DNA of 64,000 nucleotides. Source: Polyangiaceae bacterium (GTDB taxonomy: Bacteria; Myxococcota_A; Polyangia; Polyangiales; Polyangiaceae). A program made the translations under genes and the position numbers. The first letter of the stretch is position 1; every line of letters begins with the position of its first letter. The notes beneath the pieces were generated by a model. That model was not told the DNA's origin and did not search any database. It saw only the letters and a program-made list of their open reading frames with translations. The stretch covers positions 64,001-128,000 of the forward strand of contig JAPSGB010000012.1 in NCBI GenBank assembly GCA_035063585.1, given 5' to 3'. Positions 50,426 through 58,546 of the stretch are shown in pieces.

Positions 50426-51778
50426 ATGGCGAAGTTCGAGTTCAAGCTGCCGGACATCGGCGAAGGAGTGACGGAAGGCGAGATCGTCGCGTGGCTCGTG
50501 AAGCCCGGCGACAAGGTCGCGCAGGATCAAGAGATGGTGGAGGTGATGACGGACAAGGCGACCGTCACCATCGGCGCGCCACGGGCCGGAATCATCTCGG
50601 CGCTCGGCGCGAGCGCGGGCGATCTGGTGCCGGTCGGCCACGTCCTCGTGGTGTTCGACACCGAGGGTGGGGGAGCGGCGACCGGAGCGCCCGCCGCGGC
50701 CGCGACGCCGGCCGCGCCGGCCAAGAAGAACGAGCCCGCGGCGACCGCCGTGGGGGACATCAAGGAGACGCTCCCGGGGATGGGGCTCGCGACCCGCCCG
50801 AGCGAGAAGGCTGCCGCCGGAGCGCCGAGCGGATACCATGACGACAAACCGCTCGCGGCGCCCGCGACGCGCAAGCTCGCGCGCGAGCTCGGCGTGGACT
50901 TGAAGCGCGTGCCACCGAGCGGTGAGGCAGGGCGAGTCACGCGCGAAGACGTGGAGCGCTTCGCGAAGAGCGGAGCGGCGCCGGTCTCGGCCGGCCCGGC
51001 TCCGAGCGCGAGCCCGGCGGCGGCGGTGGCCCCCGCGCGCCCGCTGCCCCCGGCGGCTCCGGTCGCGCCGACCGCGACCGAGACGCGGGTGCCCATCAAG
51101 GGCGTTCGCCGCCGCATCTACGAGAACATGGCGCGCTCGAAGCACACGGCCGCGCACTTCACCTACGTCGACGAGTGCGACGTGACCGCGCTGAGGGAGC
51201 TGCGCGAGCGCACGCAGCGGTTCGCCGCCGAGGAGGGGCTCAAGCTCTCGTTCCTACCCTTCATCGTCAAGGCGGTGGTGGCGGCCCTGAAGAAGCACCC
51301 CGCGCTCAATTGCCTGGTCGATGACGCGAGCCAGGAGATGGTGCTCCGCCACGGCTATGACATCGGGATCGCCGCCGCCACCGAGGCCGGGCTCATGGTG
51401 CCGGTGGTTCGCGACGCCGACCGGCTCAGCGTCCTCGAGCTCGCGCGAGAAATTCAGCGGCTCGGCGAGGCGGCGAAGGACGGCCGCGTGCAGATGGGAG
51501 ATCTCGGCGGATCGTCGTTCACCATCACCTCGCTCGGCAAGCTCGGCGGTCTCTTCGCGACCCCGATCGTCAACTACCCGGAGGTCGCCATCCTCGGAGT
51601 CCACGAGATGAAGCGAAAGCCGGTGGTACGGGGCGACGAGATCGTCATCGGCGAGGTGATGCTGCTGAGCCTCTCGTTCGACCACCGCATCATCGACGGG
51701 CACGTGGGAGCGGCGTTCGCGCAGGAGATCATCGGCCTGCTCGAGGAGCCGGACCGACTCCTGGTGTCGATGAGCTGA
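50426..51778 (+). CDS. Dihydrolipoamide acyltransferase E2
   Basis: Lipoyl domain MTDKAT, E3-binding PATRKLARELGVDL, catalytic DHRIIDG. Confidence 0.95.
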   Translation: MAKFEFKLPDIGEGVTEGEIVAWLVKPGDKVAQDQEMVEVMTDKATVTIGAPRAGIISALGASAGDLVPVGHVLVVFDTEGGGAATGAPAAAATPAAPAKKNEPAATAVGDIKETLPGMGLATRPSEKAAAGAPSGYHDDKPLAAPATRKLARELGVDLKRVPPSGEAGRVTREDVERFAKSGAAPVSAGPAPSASPAAAVAPARPLPPAAPVAPTATETRVPIKGVRRRIYENMARSKHTAAHFTYVDECDVTALRELRERTQRFAAEEGLKLSFLPFIVKAVVAALKKHPALNCLVDDASQEMVLRHGYDIGIAAATEAGLMVPVVRDADRLSVLELAREIQRLGEAAKDGRVQMGDLGGSSFTITSLGKLGGLFATPIVNYPEVAILGVHEMKRKPVVRGDEIVIGEVMLLSLSFDHRIIDGHVGAAFAQEIIGLLEEPDRLLVSMS

Positions 51779-51789
51779 CGCGCCCGGGT

Positions 51790-51821
51790 GCGCTCGCCGT
51801 TCGCACCAGAGCGGCGAGCGC
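51790..51821 (+). terminator. Strong hairpin after the E2 gene
   Basis: gcgctcgccg...cggcgagcgc stem starting 11 nt after the stop; no U-tract. Confidence 0.4.
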
Positions 51822-51924
51822 CTGAGTGACGCGTCGCGTTAGTGCGGTGGGTAGATTGCCTGCGCGCGGGCGATCTGGTTCACTTGGCGTCGAAAGTGTG
51901 TAGGAGTGGCGCTATTCTGAGGGG

Positions 51925-52995
51925 GTGCACGGAGATGAGCTACTCATGAGGCGATGGGTCGGTGCTTTCGCGCTCTCGGCGGCGCTCTCGTTCGCGGGCG
52001 TGAGCTCCGCGCAGGACGCGGCGCCAACCCCGGAGGACGTGAAGGCGGCCGGCGACGAGTTCGACCAGGCCCGCCGAGCGTTCACCGCGAAGGACTACGC
52101 GGAAGCCGCCGAGCACTTCGAGAACGCGGATCGGCACGTGCCGAGCGCACAGGTGCTGAAGCTCGCGATTCAAGCGCGTGACAAGGCCGACCAGCTCGAT
52201 CGCGCGGCCACGCTGGCCTCGATGGTCGCGGTGCGCGGCTACAAGGAAGCGGACCTCGTGAAGCTCGCCGCGGCCATCATGAAGCGCGCGGGCGCGGAAT
52301 ACGGCAAGGTCACGGTGCGCTGTGACGTCGCCTGTGACGTGGTGGTTGGCCTGAAGCTCGTGCCCGGCCGGCCGGCGAAGGAGAAGTCGATCTTTCTCGC
52401 GCCGGGGAACTACACGATCCGCGCGGGCTGGTCCGGAGGGCGCGACGCGTCGGGGCAGGTCACCATCGCGAAGGGCGCCGCGGCCGAGCTCTCGTTCGAG
52501 CAGCCGCCCGAGGTGAAGCCCGAGGCGCCGGCTCCGGCGACGCCAGCGCCGCCGGCCACGCCTGGCCAACCACCCGGTGGCGGCGCGCATCGACCCGCGC
52601 CTCCCGTCGACCAAGGAGTCACCGTCGAGCCGAGCGGCTGGTCCCCCGTGGTCTTCTGGGTCGGAGTGGGCCTCACCGCGGTGGCCGGCGGGGTGACCGC
52701 GTGGAGCGGCATCGACACGCAGAAGAACCCGGGCGCCGACAACGTCCGCGCCGCGTGCTCGAGCGGGTCGCCCGACTGCCAATCGCTCTACCAGGACGGC
52801 CGGGATCGCCAGTCGCGCACCAACATCCTCGCGGGGACGACCGCCGGGCTCGGCGTGGTGACCATCCTCATCGGGGCGTTCGCCACCGATTGGAGCGGCG
52901 GGGAGGCGAGCGCGAAGCCGAAGTCCTCGGCCGCAATCGAGCCCTGGCTCGGGGTTGGCAGTGGCGCCACGGTGGGCGCCACGGGGAGGTTCTGA
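51925..52995 (+). CDS. TPR + PEGA-like protein with C-terminal hydrophobic helices
   Basis: Signal peptide, ARRAFTAKDYAEAAEHFENA TPR-like segment, LAPGNYTIRA, Pro linker, two hydrophobic helices, ends GATGRF. Alternative ATG at 51946. Confidence 0.8.
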   Translation: MHGDELLMRRWVGAFALSAALSFAGVSSAQDAAPTPEDVKAAGDEFDQARRAFTAKDYAEAAEHFENADRHVPSAQVLKLAIQARDKADQLDRAATLASMVAVRGYKEADLVKLAAAIMKRAGAEYGKVTVRCDVACDVVVGLKLVPGRPAKEKSIFLAPGNYTIRAGWSGGRDASGQVTIAKGAAAELSFEQPPEVKPEAPAPATPAPPATPGQPPGGGAHRPAPPVDQGVTVEPSGWSPVVFWVGVGLTAVAGGVTAWSGIDTQKNPGADNVRAACSSGSPDCQSLYQDGRDRQSRTNILAGTTAGLGVVTILIGAFATDWSGGEASAKPKSSAAIEPWLGVGSGATVGATGRF

Positions 52996-53001
52996 CCGGC
53001 C

Positions 53002-54549
53002 GTGGTCGCTGCAAGGTTGCTGGACGTCGGTGCCGAGGGGCGCCAGAGGGTCGATCGCTATGAGCTCATAGCGGAGATCGCCTCGGGCGGAATGGCCACC
53101 GTCTACCTCGCGCGTCTGCTCGGGGTCGGCGGGTTCCAGCGCTTCGTCGCGATCAAGCGGCTCCATCCACACCTCGCGGGAGAGAACGAGTTCGTCGAGA
53201 TGTTCCTCGACGAGGCCCGCCTCGCCGCCGGCATCCATCACCCGAACGTCGTGCCCATCCTCGAGGTCGGCGCGAGCGACCGCGGGTACTACCTGGTGAT
53301 GGAGTACATCGAGGGCGACACGCTCGCGCGGCTGCTGGCGCGCGCCGCGACCTCCGGCTCGAAGCTGCCCGTGCCCATCGGCATACGCATCGTGATCGAT
53401 CTCCTGGCGGGACTCCACGCGGCTCACGAGCTGCGCGACGACATGGGACAGCCGACCGGGCTGGTGCACCGCGACGTCTCGCCGCAGAACGTGCTGGTCG
53501 GTGCGGACGGGGTCTCGCGCATCACGGACTTCGGGGTGGCGCGCGCGCAGAGCCGCCTGAGCGCGACGCGGGTCGGTCAGCTCAAGGGCAAGATCGCGTA
53601 CATGGCCCCCGAGCAGGCCACCGGGAAAGAAGACATCGACCGGCGCGCGGACATCTTCTCGGCGGGCATCGTGCTCTGGGAGGTGCTCGCGGCGCGGCGG
53701 CTCTTCAAGGCCGACAACGAGGCGGCGACGCTCTCGCGGGTCATCTCCGAGCCCATCCCGAAGCTCACCACGATCGCGAGCGACGTCTCGCCGCAGATCG
53801 CGGCCGTGTGCATGAAGGCACTCGAGCGCGACGTGAACAAGCGGTTCAAGTCGTGCGCGGAGTTCGCCGACGCCCTCGAGCGGGCGGCGACCGCCGCCGG
53901 AACCCTCGGCGCGCCGCGTGACGTGAAGGCGTACGTCGCGGAGGTCATCGGCAACGAGATCGCGCAAGCGCGCGAGGCGGTGCGGGGCTGGCTGGCGCGG
54001 AGTGAGCCGAGCCAGGTCGTCATCCCCGAGACCGCGCCGCTCAGCGCGGCTGCGAGCTCGCTCGGCAGCGTCTCTTCCGCCGCCATGACCCTCCCCGAGG
54101 TGTCGCAGTCGGGCGTGTCGAGCCCGGCTCAGCCCGGGCTCGGCCCGGGCTCGATGGCCCCCGAGCGCCGCTCGAGGACCCCGATGATCCTGGGGGCGCT
54201 CATCGCGCTCGTCGGAGTCGGCGTCATCGCGGCGCTCATGCTCCGGGGAGGCGCGCCCGAGGAGCGCGCCCCGGCGGCTCACACGACCGCGAGCCCGTCG
54301 AGCGACGTCGTGACGGCGCCCGTACCGGAGCCCACCGCGAGCGCGGCGCCGGCCGCGCCGAGCGCGGCGCCGGCCGAGGAGGCCGCCGACGCGGGCGCCG
54401 CGGGCGAGGTCCCATCCGTCCCCGAGCCCACCACCGAGAAGCCCAACCCCCGGCCCTGGCGGACCGGTCCGCAGGCCGCGCCGAAGCCCACGGCCAAGCC
54501 GGACGCGCCGCCCAAACCGGACGTCGACCTCTCGAACCCGTACCGCTGA
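53002..54549 (+). CDS. Membrane Ser/Thr protein kinase
   Basis: GGMATVY, VAIK, HRDVSPQN, DFG and APE motifs; one TM helix; Pro/Ala-rich tail ending DLSNPYR. Confidence 0.95.
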   Translation: MVAARLLDVGAEGRQRVDRYELIAEIASGGMATVYLARLLGVGGFQRFVAIKRLHPHLAGENEFVEMFLDEARLAAGIHHPNVVPILEVGASDRGYYLVMEYIEGDTLARLLARAATSGSKLPVPIGIRIVIDLLAGLHAAHELRDDMGQPTGLVHRDVSPQNVLVGADGVSRITDFGVARAQSRLSATRVGQLKGKIAYMAPEQATGKEDIDRRADIFSAGIVLWEVLAARRLFKADNEAATLSRVISEPIPKLTTIASDVSPQIAAVCMKALERDVNKRFKSCAEFADALERAATAAGTLGAPRDVKAYVAEVIGNEIAQAREAVRGWLARSEPSQVVIPETAPLSAAASSLGSVSSAAMTLPEVSQSGVSSPAQPGLGPGSMAPERRSRTPMILGALIALVGVGVIAALMLRGGAPEERAPAAHTTASPSSDVVTAPVPEPTASAAPAAPSAAPAEEAADAGAAGEVPSVPEPTTEKPNPRPWRTGPQAAPKPTAKPDAPPKPDVDLSNPYR

Positions 54550-54587
54550 GCGCGGGCGAGCGCGCCGCCGAGCGGCCTCGGCTGTCG

Positions 54588-54616
54588 TTGACACGCCGCC
54601 GGCCGACTGCTAGTTC
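54588..54616 (+). promoter_or_regulatory. sigma70-like promoter of prs-rplY-pth
   Basis: TTGACA-N17-TAGTTC with extended TG. Confidence 0.65.
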
Positions 54617-54695
54617 TCCGCACCCTCCGCTGGAGCCACGCGAAAGTGCCTAGTGCTTTCGCAGAGTTACCGGCGAAGCCCCGTGGTGGCGAGTC

Positions 54696-55643
54696 GTGGC
54701 CGTCAAGAGAATCTGTCTGTTTACCGGGAACGCGAACCCCGAGCTCGCGACGGAGATCGCCAAGGTCCTCGGCACTCCGCTCGGTGAGGCGCGCGTCTCG
54801 AGGTTCAGCGACGGCGAGACGTTCTGCGAGATCCGCGAGAACGTGCGAGGGCTCGACACCTACGTCGTGCAGCCGACCTGCTCGCCGGTAAACGACAACT
54901 TGATGGAGCTGCTCATCATGTGCGACGCCCTCCGTCGCGCATCGGCGGCGTCGATCACGGCCGTCATCCCCTACTACGGCTACGCGCGGCAGGACCGCAA
55001 GGTGGCGCCGCGCACCCCCATCACCTCGAAGCTGGTCGCGGACCTGCTGGTCGCCGCAGGGGTCAACCGCGTCCTCTGCGTGGATCTCCACGCGGGGCAG
55101 ATTCAGGGGTTCTTCAACATCCCGTTCGATCATCTCTACGCGCTCCCGGTGTTCTTGGAGGACTACCTGAAGCACCGCTTCGCCAAGGACGCGGTCTTCA
55201 TCTCGCCCGACGCCGGCGGAGTGGAGCGCACGCGCGCTTACTCGAAGCGGCTGGGCGCGTCGCTCGCCATCATCGACAAGCGACGCGAGCGAGCCAACGT
55301 GAGCGAGGTGATGCACCTCATCGGGGACGTCGAAGGGCGCGACTGCATCATCGTCGACGACATGATCGACACCGCCGGGACGCTGTGCAATGCGGCCCGG
55401 GCCGTGATGGATGGCGGCGCGCGACGAGTCGTCGCGTGCGCCACCCACGGGGTGCTGAGCGGCCCCGCCGTACAGCGCATTCAGGAGTCACCGCTCGAGG
55501 AGGTGGTCGTCACCAACTCGATCCCACCCAGTGAGGAGGCGGCGGCGTCGCCGAAGATCCGCTTCCTCAACATCGGAAGGCTGCTCGGTGAGGCCATCCG
55601 TCGGATCCACAACAGCGACTCGGTGAGCTCGCTGTTCGTCTGA
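54696..55643 (+). CDS. prs: Ribose-phosphate pyrophosphokinase
   Basis: [25 protein letters not shown] and DDMIDTAGT motifs. Confidence 0.98.
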   Translation: MAVKRICLFTGNANPELATEIAKVLGTPLGEARVSRFSDGETFCEIRENVRGLDTYVVQPTCSPVNDNLMELLIMCDALRRASAASITAVIPYYGYARQDRKVAPRTPITSKLVADLLVAAGVNRVLCVDLHAGQIQGFFNIPFDHLYALPVFLEDYLKHRFAKDAVFISPDAGGVERTRAYSKRLGASLAIIDKRRERANVSEVMHLIGDVEGRDCIIVDDMIDTAGTLCNAARAVMDGGARRVVACATHGVLSGPAVQRIQESPLEEVVVTNSIPPSEEAAASPKIRFLNIGRLLGEAIRRIHNSDSVSSLFV

Positions 55644-55678
55644 GGCGTCCGGTTCGCCTCGAGAGGAGAATCTCGGTC

Positions 55679-56320
55679 ATGGAGCTCGTGAAGATAGCGG
55701 CAACCCGACGTCAGGATTTCGGCAAGGGCCCGGCCCGGCAGCTGCGCCGGGAAGGGAAGATCCCCGCGGTCGCCTACGGCAAGGGTCAGACGGCGGAGAC
55801 GCTCGCGGTGGCTCCGAAAGAGCTCACCAGCGTGCTCACGAGCGAGCGCGGACGCAACACGGTCATCGAGCTCTTGGTGGAGGGCGAGGAGAAGCGCACC
55901 GTGCTCCTCTCCGACTACCAGTACCACCCGCTCTCGCGCGAGCTGCTCCACGCGGATTTCATCCAGATCGGGCTCGACGAGCCGGTCGACGTCGAGGTCC
56001 CCTTGGTGCTCGAAGGCAAGCCGAAGGGCGTGGTCATGGGCGGCGTGCTGCGTCAGGTCTACCGCAAGCTCCCGATCCGCTGCTTGCCGGAGAGGATCCC
56101 GGTCAAGATCGTCTACGACGTCACCGAGCTCGACCTCGATCAGCACGTGGCCACCCGTGATCTCTCGGTCCCGGAGGGGGTGAGCGTGCGCCTCCCCGAG
56201 ACCCAGACCATCGCCGGCGTCGTCACCGAGAGCAAGCACGCCGAAGCCGAGGAGGCCGCGCCCGCGGCAGGCGCGGCGCCGGCCGCGGCTCCGGCGGCGG
56301 CGACGCCTGCCAAGACGTGA
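55679..56320 (+). CDS. rplY: 50S ribosomal protein L25/Ctc
   Basis: ARQLRREGKIPAVAYG and LLHADF; long Ctc form. Confidence 0.96.
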   Translation: MELVKIAATRRQDFGKGPARQLRREGKIPAVAYGKGQTAETLAVAPKELTSVLTSERGRNTVIELLVEGEEKRTVLLSDYQYHPLSRELLHADFIQIGLDEPVDVEVPLVLEGKPKGVVMGGVLRQVYRKLPIRCLPERIPVKIVYDVTELDLDQHVATRDLSVPEGVSVRLPETQTIAGVVTESKHAEAEEAAPAAGAAPAAAPAAATPAKT

Positions 56321-56892
56321 TCCTGGTCGTCGGCCTCGGCAACCCGGGGGCGAAGTACGCGGGGACGCGGCATAACGCCGGGTTCATGGTGGTCGATCGT
56401 CTGGTCGGCGCGGCCGGCGGCCAGTGGCGAGAGAAGTTCAGCGGCCGCTTCGCTCAAATCGAGGTGGGCGGAGAGCGGGTCGTCGCGCTCGAACCGCTCA
56501 CCTTCATGAACGAATCAGGCCGGAGCGTCCAGCCGGCCTTGGCGTTCTTCAAGCTCACCCCGGAGTCGCTCCTGGTCGTCCACGACGAGCTCGACCTCGA
56601 CTTTAGAGAGCTCCGGCTGAAGCTCGGCGGTGGCGACGCGGGTCACCGGGGCCTGAAGAGCATCACCACCCAGCTCGGCGGCCCGAGCTACGCGAGGCTC
56701 CGCGTCGGTATCGGCCGGCCTCGAGCGGACTTTAGGGGTTCTCAAGCAGATTATGTGCTAGAAGGCTTCGCCCCGGAGGAACGGGCGCACCTCGACGGTG
56801 TGCTCGACCGCGCGGTGGACGCCGTGAGGCTCGTCATCGAGCGAGGCCTGACGGCGGCGATGAACGTCACCAATCAGAAACCGAGACACTGA
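56317..56892 (+). CDS. pth: Peptidyl-tRNA hydrolase
   Basis: VGLGNPG..Y..TRHNAGF, HDELD and GHRGLKS motifs. Confidence 0.97.
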   Translation: MILVVGLGNPGAKYAGTRHNAGFMVVDRLVGAAGGQWREKFSGRFAQIEVGGERVVALEPLTFMNESGRSVQPALAFFKLTPESLLVVHDELDLDFRELRLKLGGGDAGHRGLKSITTQLGGPSYARLRVGIGRPRADFRGSQADYVLEGFAPEERAHLDGVLDRAVDAVRLVIERGLTAAMNVTNQKPRH

Positions 56893-56895
56893 ATA

Positions 56896-56940
56896 CTCCT
56901 TGCCCGAGGCGATGCCCTCGGGCCGAGAGTCCATAAGGAG
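56896..56940 (+). promoter_or_regulatory. S6:S18 ribosomal protein leader (autogenous control element)
   Basis: ctcctt pairs with the SD aaggag; inner stem cccgagg/cctcggg; unpaired CCG 3' of it; directly before rpsF. Confidence 0.75.
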
Positions 56941-56946
56941 CACGAA

Positions 56947-57474
56947 ATGGCTGATACCCAAGCGAGCGCGCAGAGCCACGCTCGCGAATACGAGACCATC
57001 TACGTGATGCGTCCCGATCTCGCCAAGGAGGCGACCGCGAAGGTCGCCCGTCGCGTCGAAGAGGTGGTCGGGCGTGAAGGCGGGCGGTTGACGCTCGTCG
57101 AGACGTGGGGCCGTCGTCAGCTCGCCTATCCGGTAGCGAAGTTCAAGCGCGGGGTCTACGTCTACGTGCGCTACATCGCTGGTGGCGCGCTGGTCACCGA
57201 GCTCGAGCGCAACCTGCGGATGCTCGACGAGGTGATGAAGTTCCAGACCGTCCTGGTTCGCAAGGACGTCGAGCTCGAGAGCGTCACCGTAGATCCCGAG
57301 ACGGTGGTCTTCGAAGAGGTCGAGCCTCCCGCCGAGGGCGAGGAGGAGGACGAATCGCTCGAGCGCGAGCTCGGCCTCGTCGACGGCCCTGAGCGGACGC
57401 GCTCGTTCGACGGCGGTGGCGACTCTGACGATGAGGATGACACGGACATGCGCGGCGCGGAGGATGACGAATGA
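56947..57474 (+). CDS. rpsF: 30S ribosomal protein S6
   Basis: [12 protein letters not shown] and WGRRQLAYP; long acidic tail. Confidence 0.97.
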   Translation: MADTQASAQSHAREYETIYVMRPDLAKEATAKVARRVEEVVGREGGRLTLVETWGRRQLAYPVAKFKRGVYVYVRYIAGGALVTELERNLRMLDEVMKFQTVLVRKDVELESVTVDPETVVFEEVEPPAEGEEEDESLERELGLVDGPERTRSFDGGGDSDDEDDTDMRGAEDDE

Positions 57475-57749
57475 AGGACTCCATGCGGACTCGCGAGCGA
57501 GTCGAGCGAGACGAGACCACCAACGTGGTATTTCGCAGGCCGCGGCGGCGCGGCTGCGGGTTCTGCGGAGATGAGAGCCTGGTCATCGACTACAAGGATC
57601 CCCAGGGTCTTCGCTACTTCATCACCGAGCGAGGGAAGATCGTCCCGCGCCGCATCTCGGGCGTCTGCGCGAAGCACCAGCGCGCGCTGACGCTCGCCAT
57701 CAAGCGCGCCAGGAACATCGCGCTCCTGCCGTTCACCTCGAACGACTGA
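57471..57749 (+). CDS. rpsR: 30S ribosomal protein S18 (Zn-ligand form)
   Basis: [20 protein letters not shown] and CAKHQR motifs. Confidence 0.97.
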   Translation: MKDSMRTRERVERDETTNVVFRRPRRRGCGFCGDESLVIDYKDPQGLRYFITERGKIVPRRISGVCAKHQRALTLAIKRARNIALLPFTSND

Positions 57750-57771
57750 GTGGTCAGAAAGGAGATGGCAG

Positions 57772-58230
57772 ATGGCTAGTGCAATCCGCGTCGTCCTGCA
57801 GCAGAGCGTGGAGAATCTCGGGAGCGGAGGCGATGTCGTCCGGGTTCGCCCCGGCTACGCGCGGAACTTCCTGATCCCGCGCGGCCTCGCCGCGCCTGCG
57901 ACCCCCGCGAATCTCGCCCGTGTGAATGAGCTGAAGCGAGTGGCCGCCGCGCACGCGCAGGCCGAGCTCGATGCAGCCAAGAGCCTCGGCGAGAAGCTCG
58001 CCAGCATGGCGGTCAAGCTCGAGCGCGCCGTCGGTGAAGAGAACAAGATGTACGGCTCGGTGACCACACGCGACATCGAGGAAGCCTACGCCGCGCAGGG
58101 CGTCGAGCTCGACCGTCGTAAGGTCCACCTCCACGAGCCCATCAAGCAGCTGGGCCTGCACGAGGTGCCGATCCGCCTGCACGCCGACGTCACGGTGAAC
58201 CTCCGCGTCGAGGTCGTGAAGAAGGCGTGA
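57772..58230 (+). CDS. rplI: 50S ribosomal protein L9
   Basis: LGSGGDVVRVRPGYARNFLIP and KMYGSVT motifs. Confidence 0.97.
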   Translation: MASAIRVVLQQSVENLGSGGDVVRVRPGYARNFLIPRGLAAPATPANLARVNELKRVAAAHAQAELDAAKSLGEKLASMAVKLERAVGEENKMYGSVTTRDIEEAYAAQGVELDRRKVHLHEPIKQLGLHEVPIRLHADVTVNLRVEVVKKA

Positions 58231-58390
58231 GCCGCGAGCCCTCGAGCCATCAGGCGTTCGAGGGCGAAGGTCGCGTCGTGGAGCGGAACGCGCTCCGCGC
58301 CTGCGCCCCGGGAGCCGATGCGGTTCTCGGGGCGCTCGCGCTCGTGCGGGTCATGGGGAGGGCCGGTGGAGCGCCCCGGATGTAAGTGGC

Positions 58391-58494
58391 GGAGCTAGCG
58401 GCGCGCGCGCCGCCCTCGCGGATCCGCGACTTGGACGCGCTTCGGGCCGCGTGCACCGGCGGGGGAGCTCGCGGCGCGCGCGCCGCCCTCGCGG
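58391..58494. repeat. Two 31-bp direct repeats (1 mismatch) separated by 42 bp
   Basis: ggagct(a/c)gcggcgcgcgcgccgccctcgcgg at 58391-58421 and 58464-58494. Confidence 0.85.
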
Positions 58495-58546
58495 TGGGAC
58501 ATTGCCCTGCCGCCGGCCTCCGAGATTTCTGGCAAGCTCCCGAGGG

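Noticed and set aside
54550..54695. tRNA-Gln often found upstream of prs
   Set aside because: No cloverleaf or TTC T-loop motif visible.
58391..58494. CRISPR array call
   Set aside because: Only two repeats, no AT-rich leader, no cas genes in the window; reported as a repeat instead.
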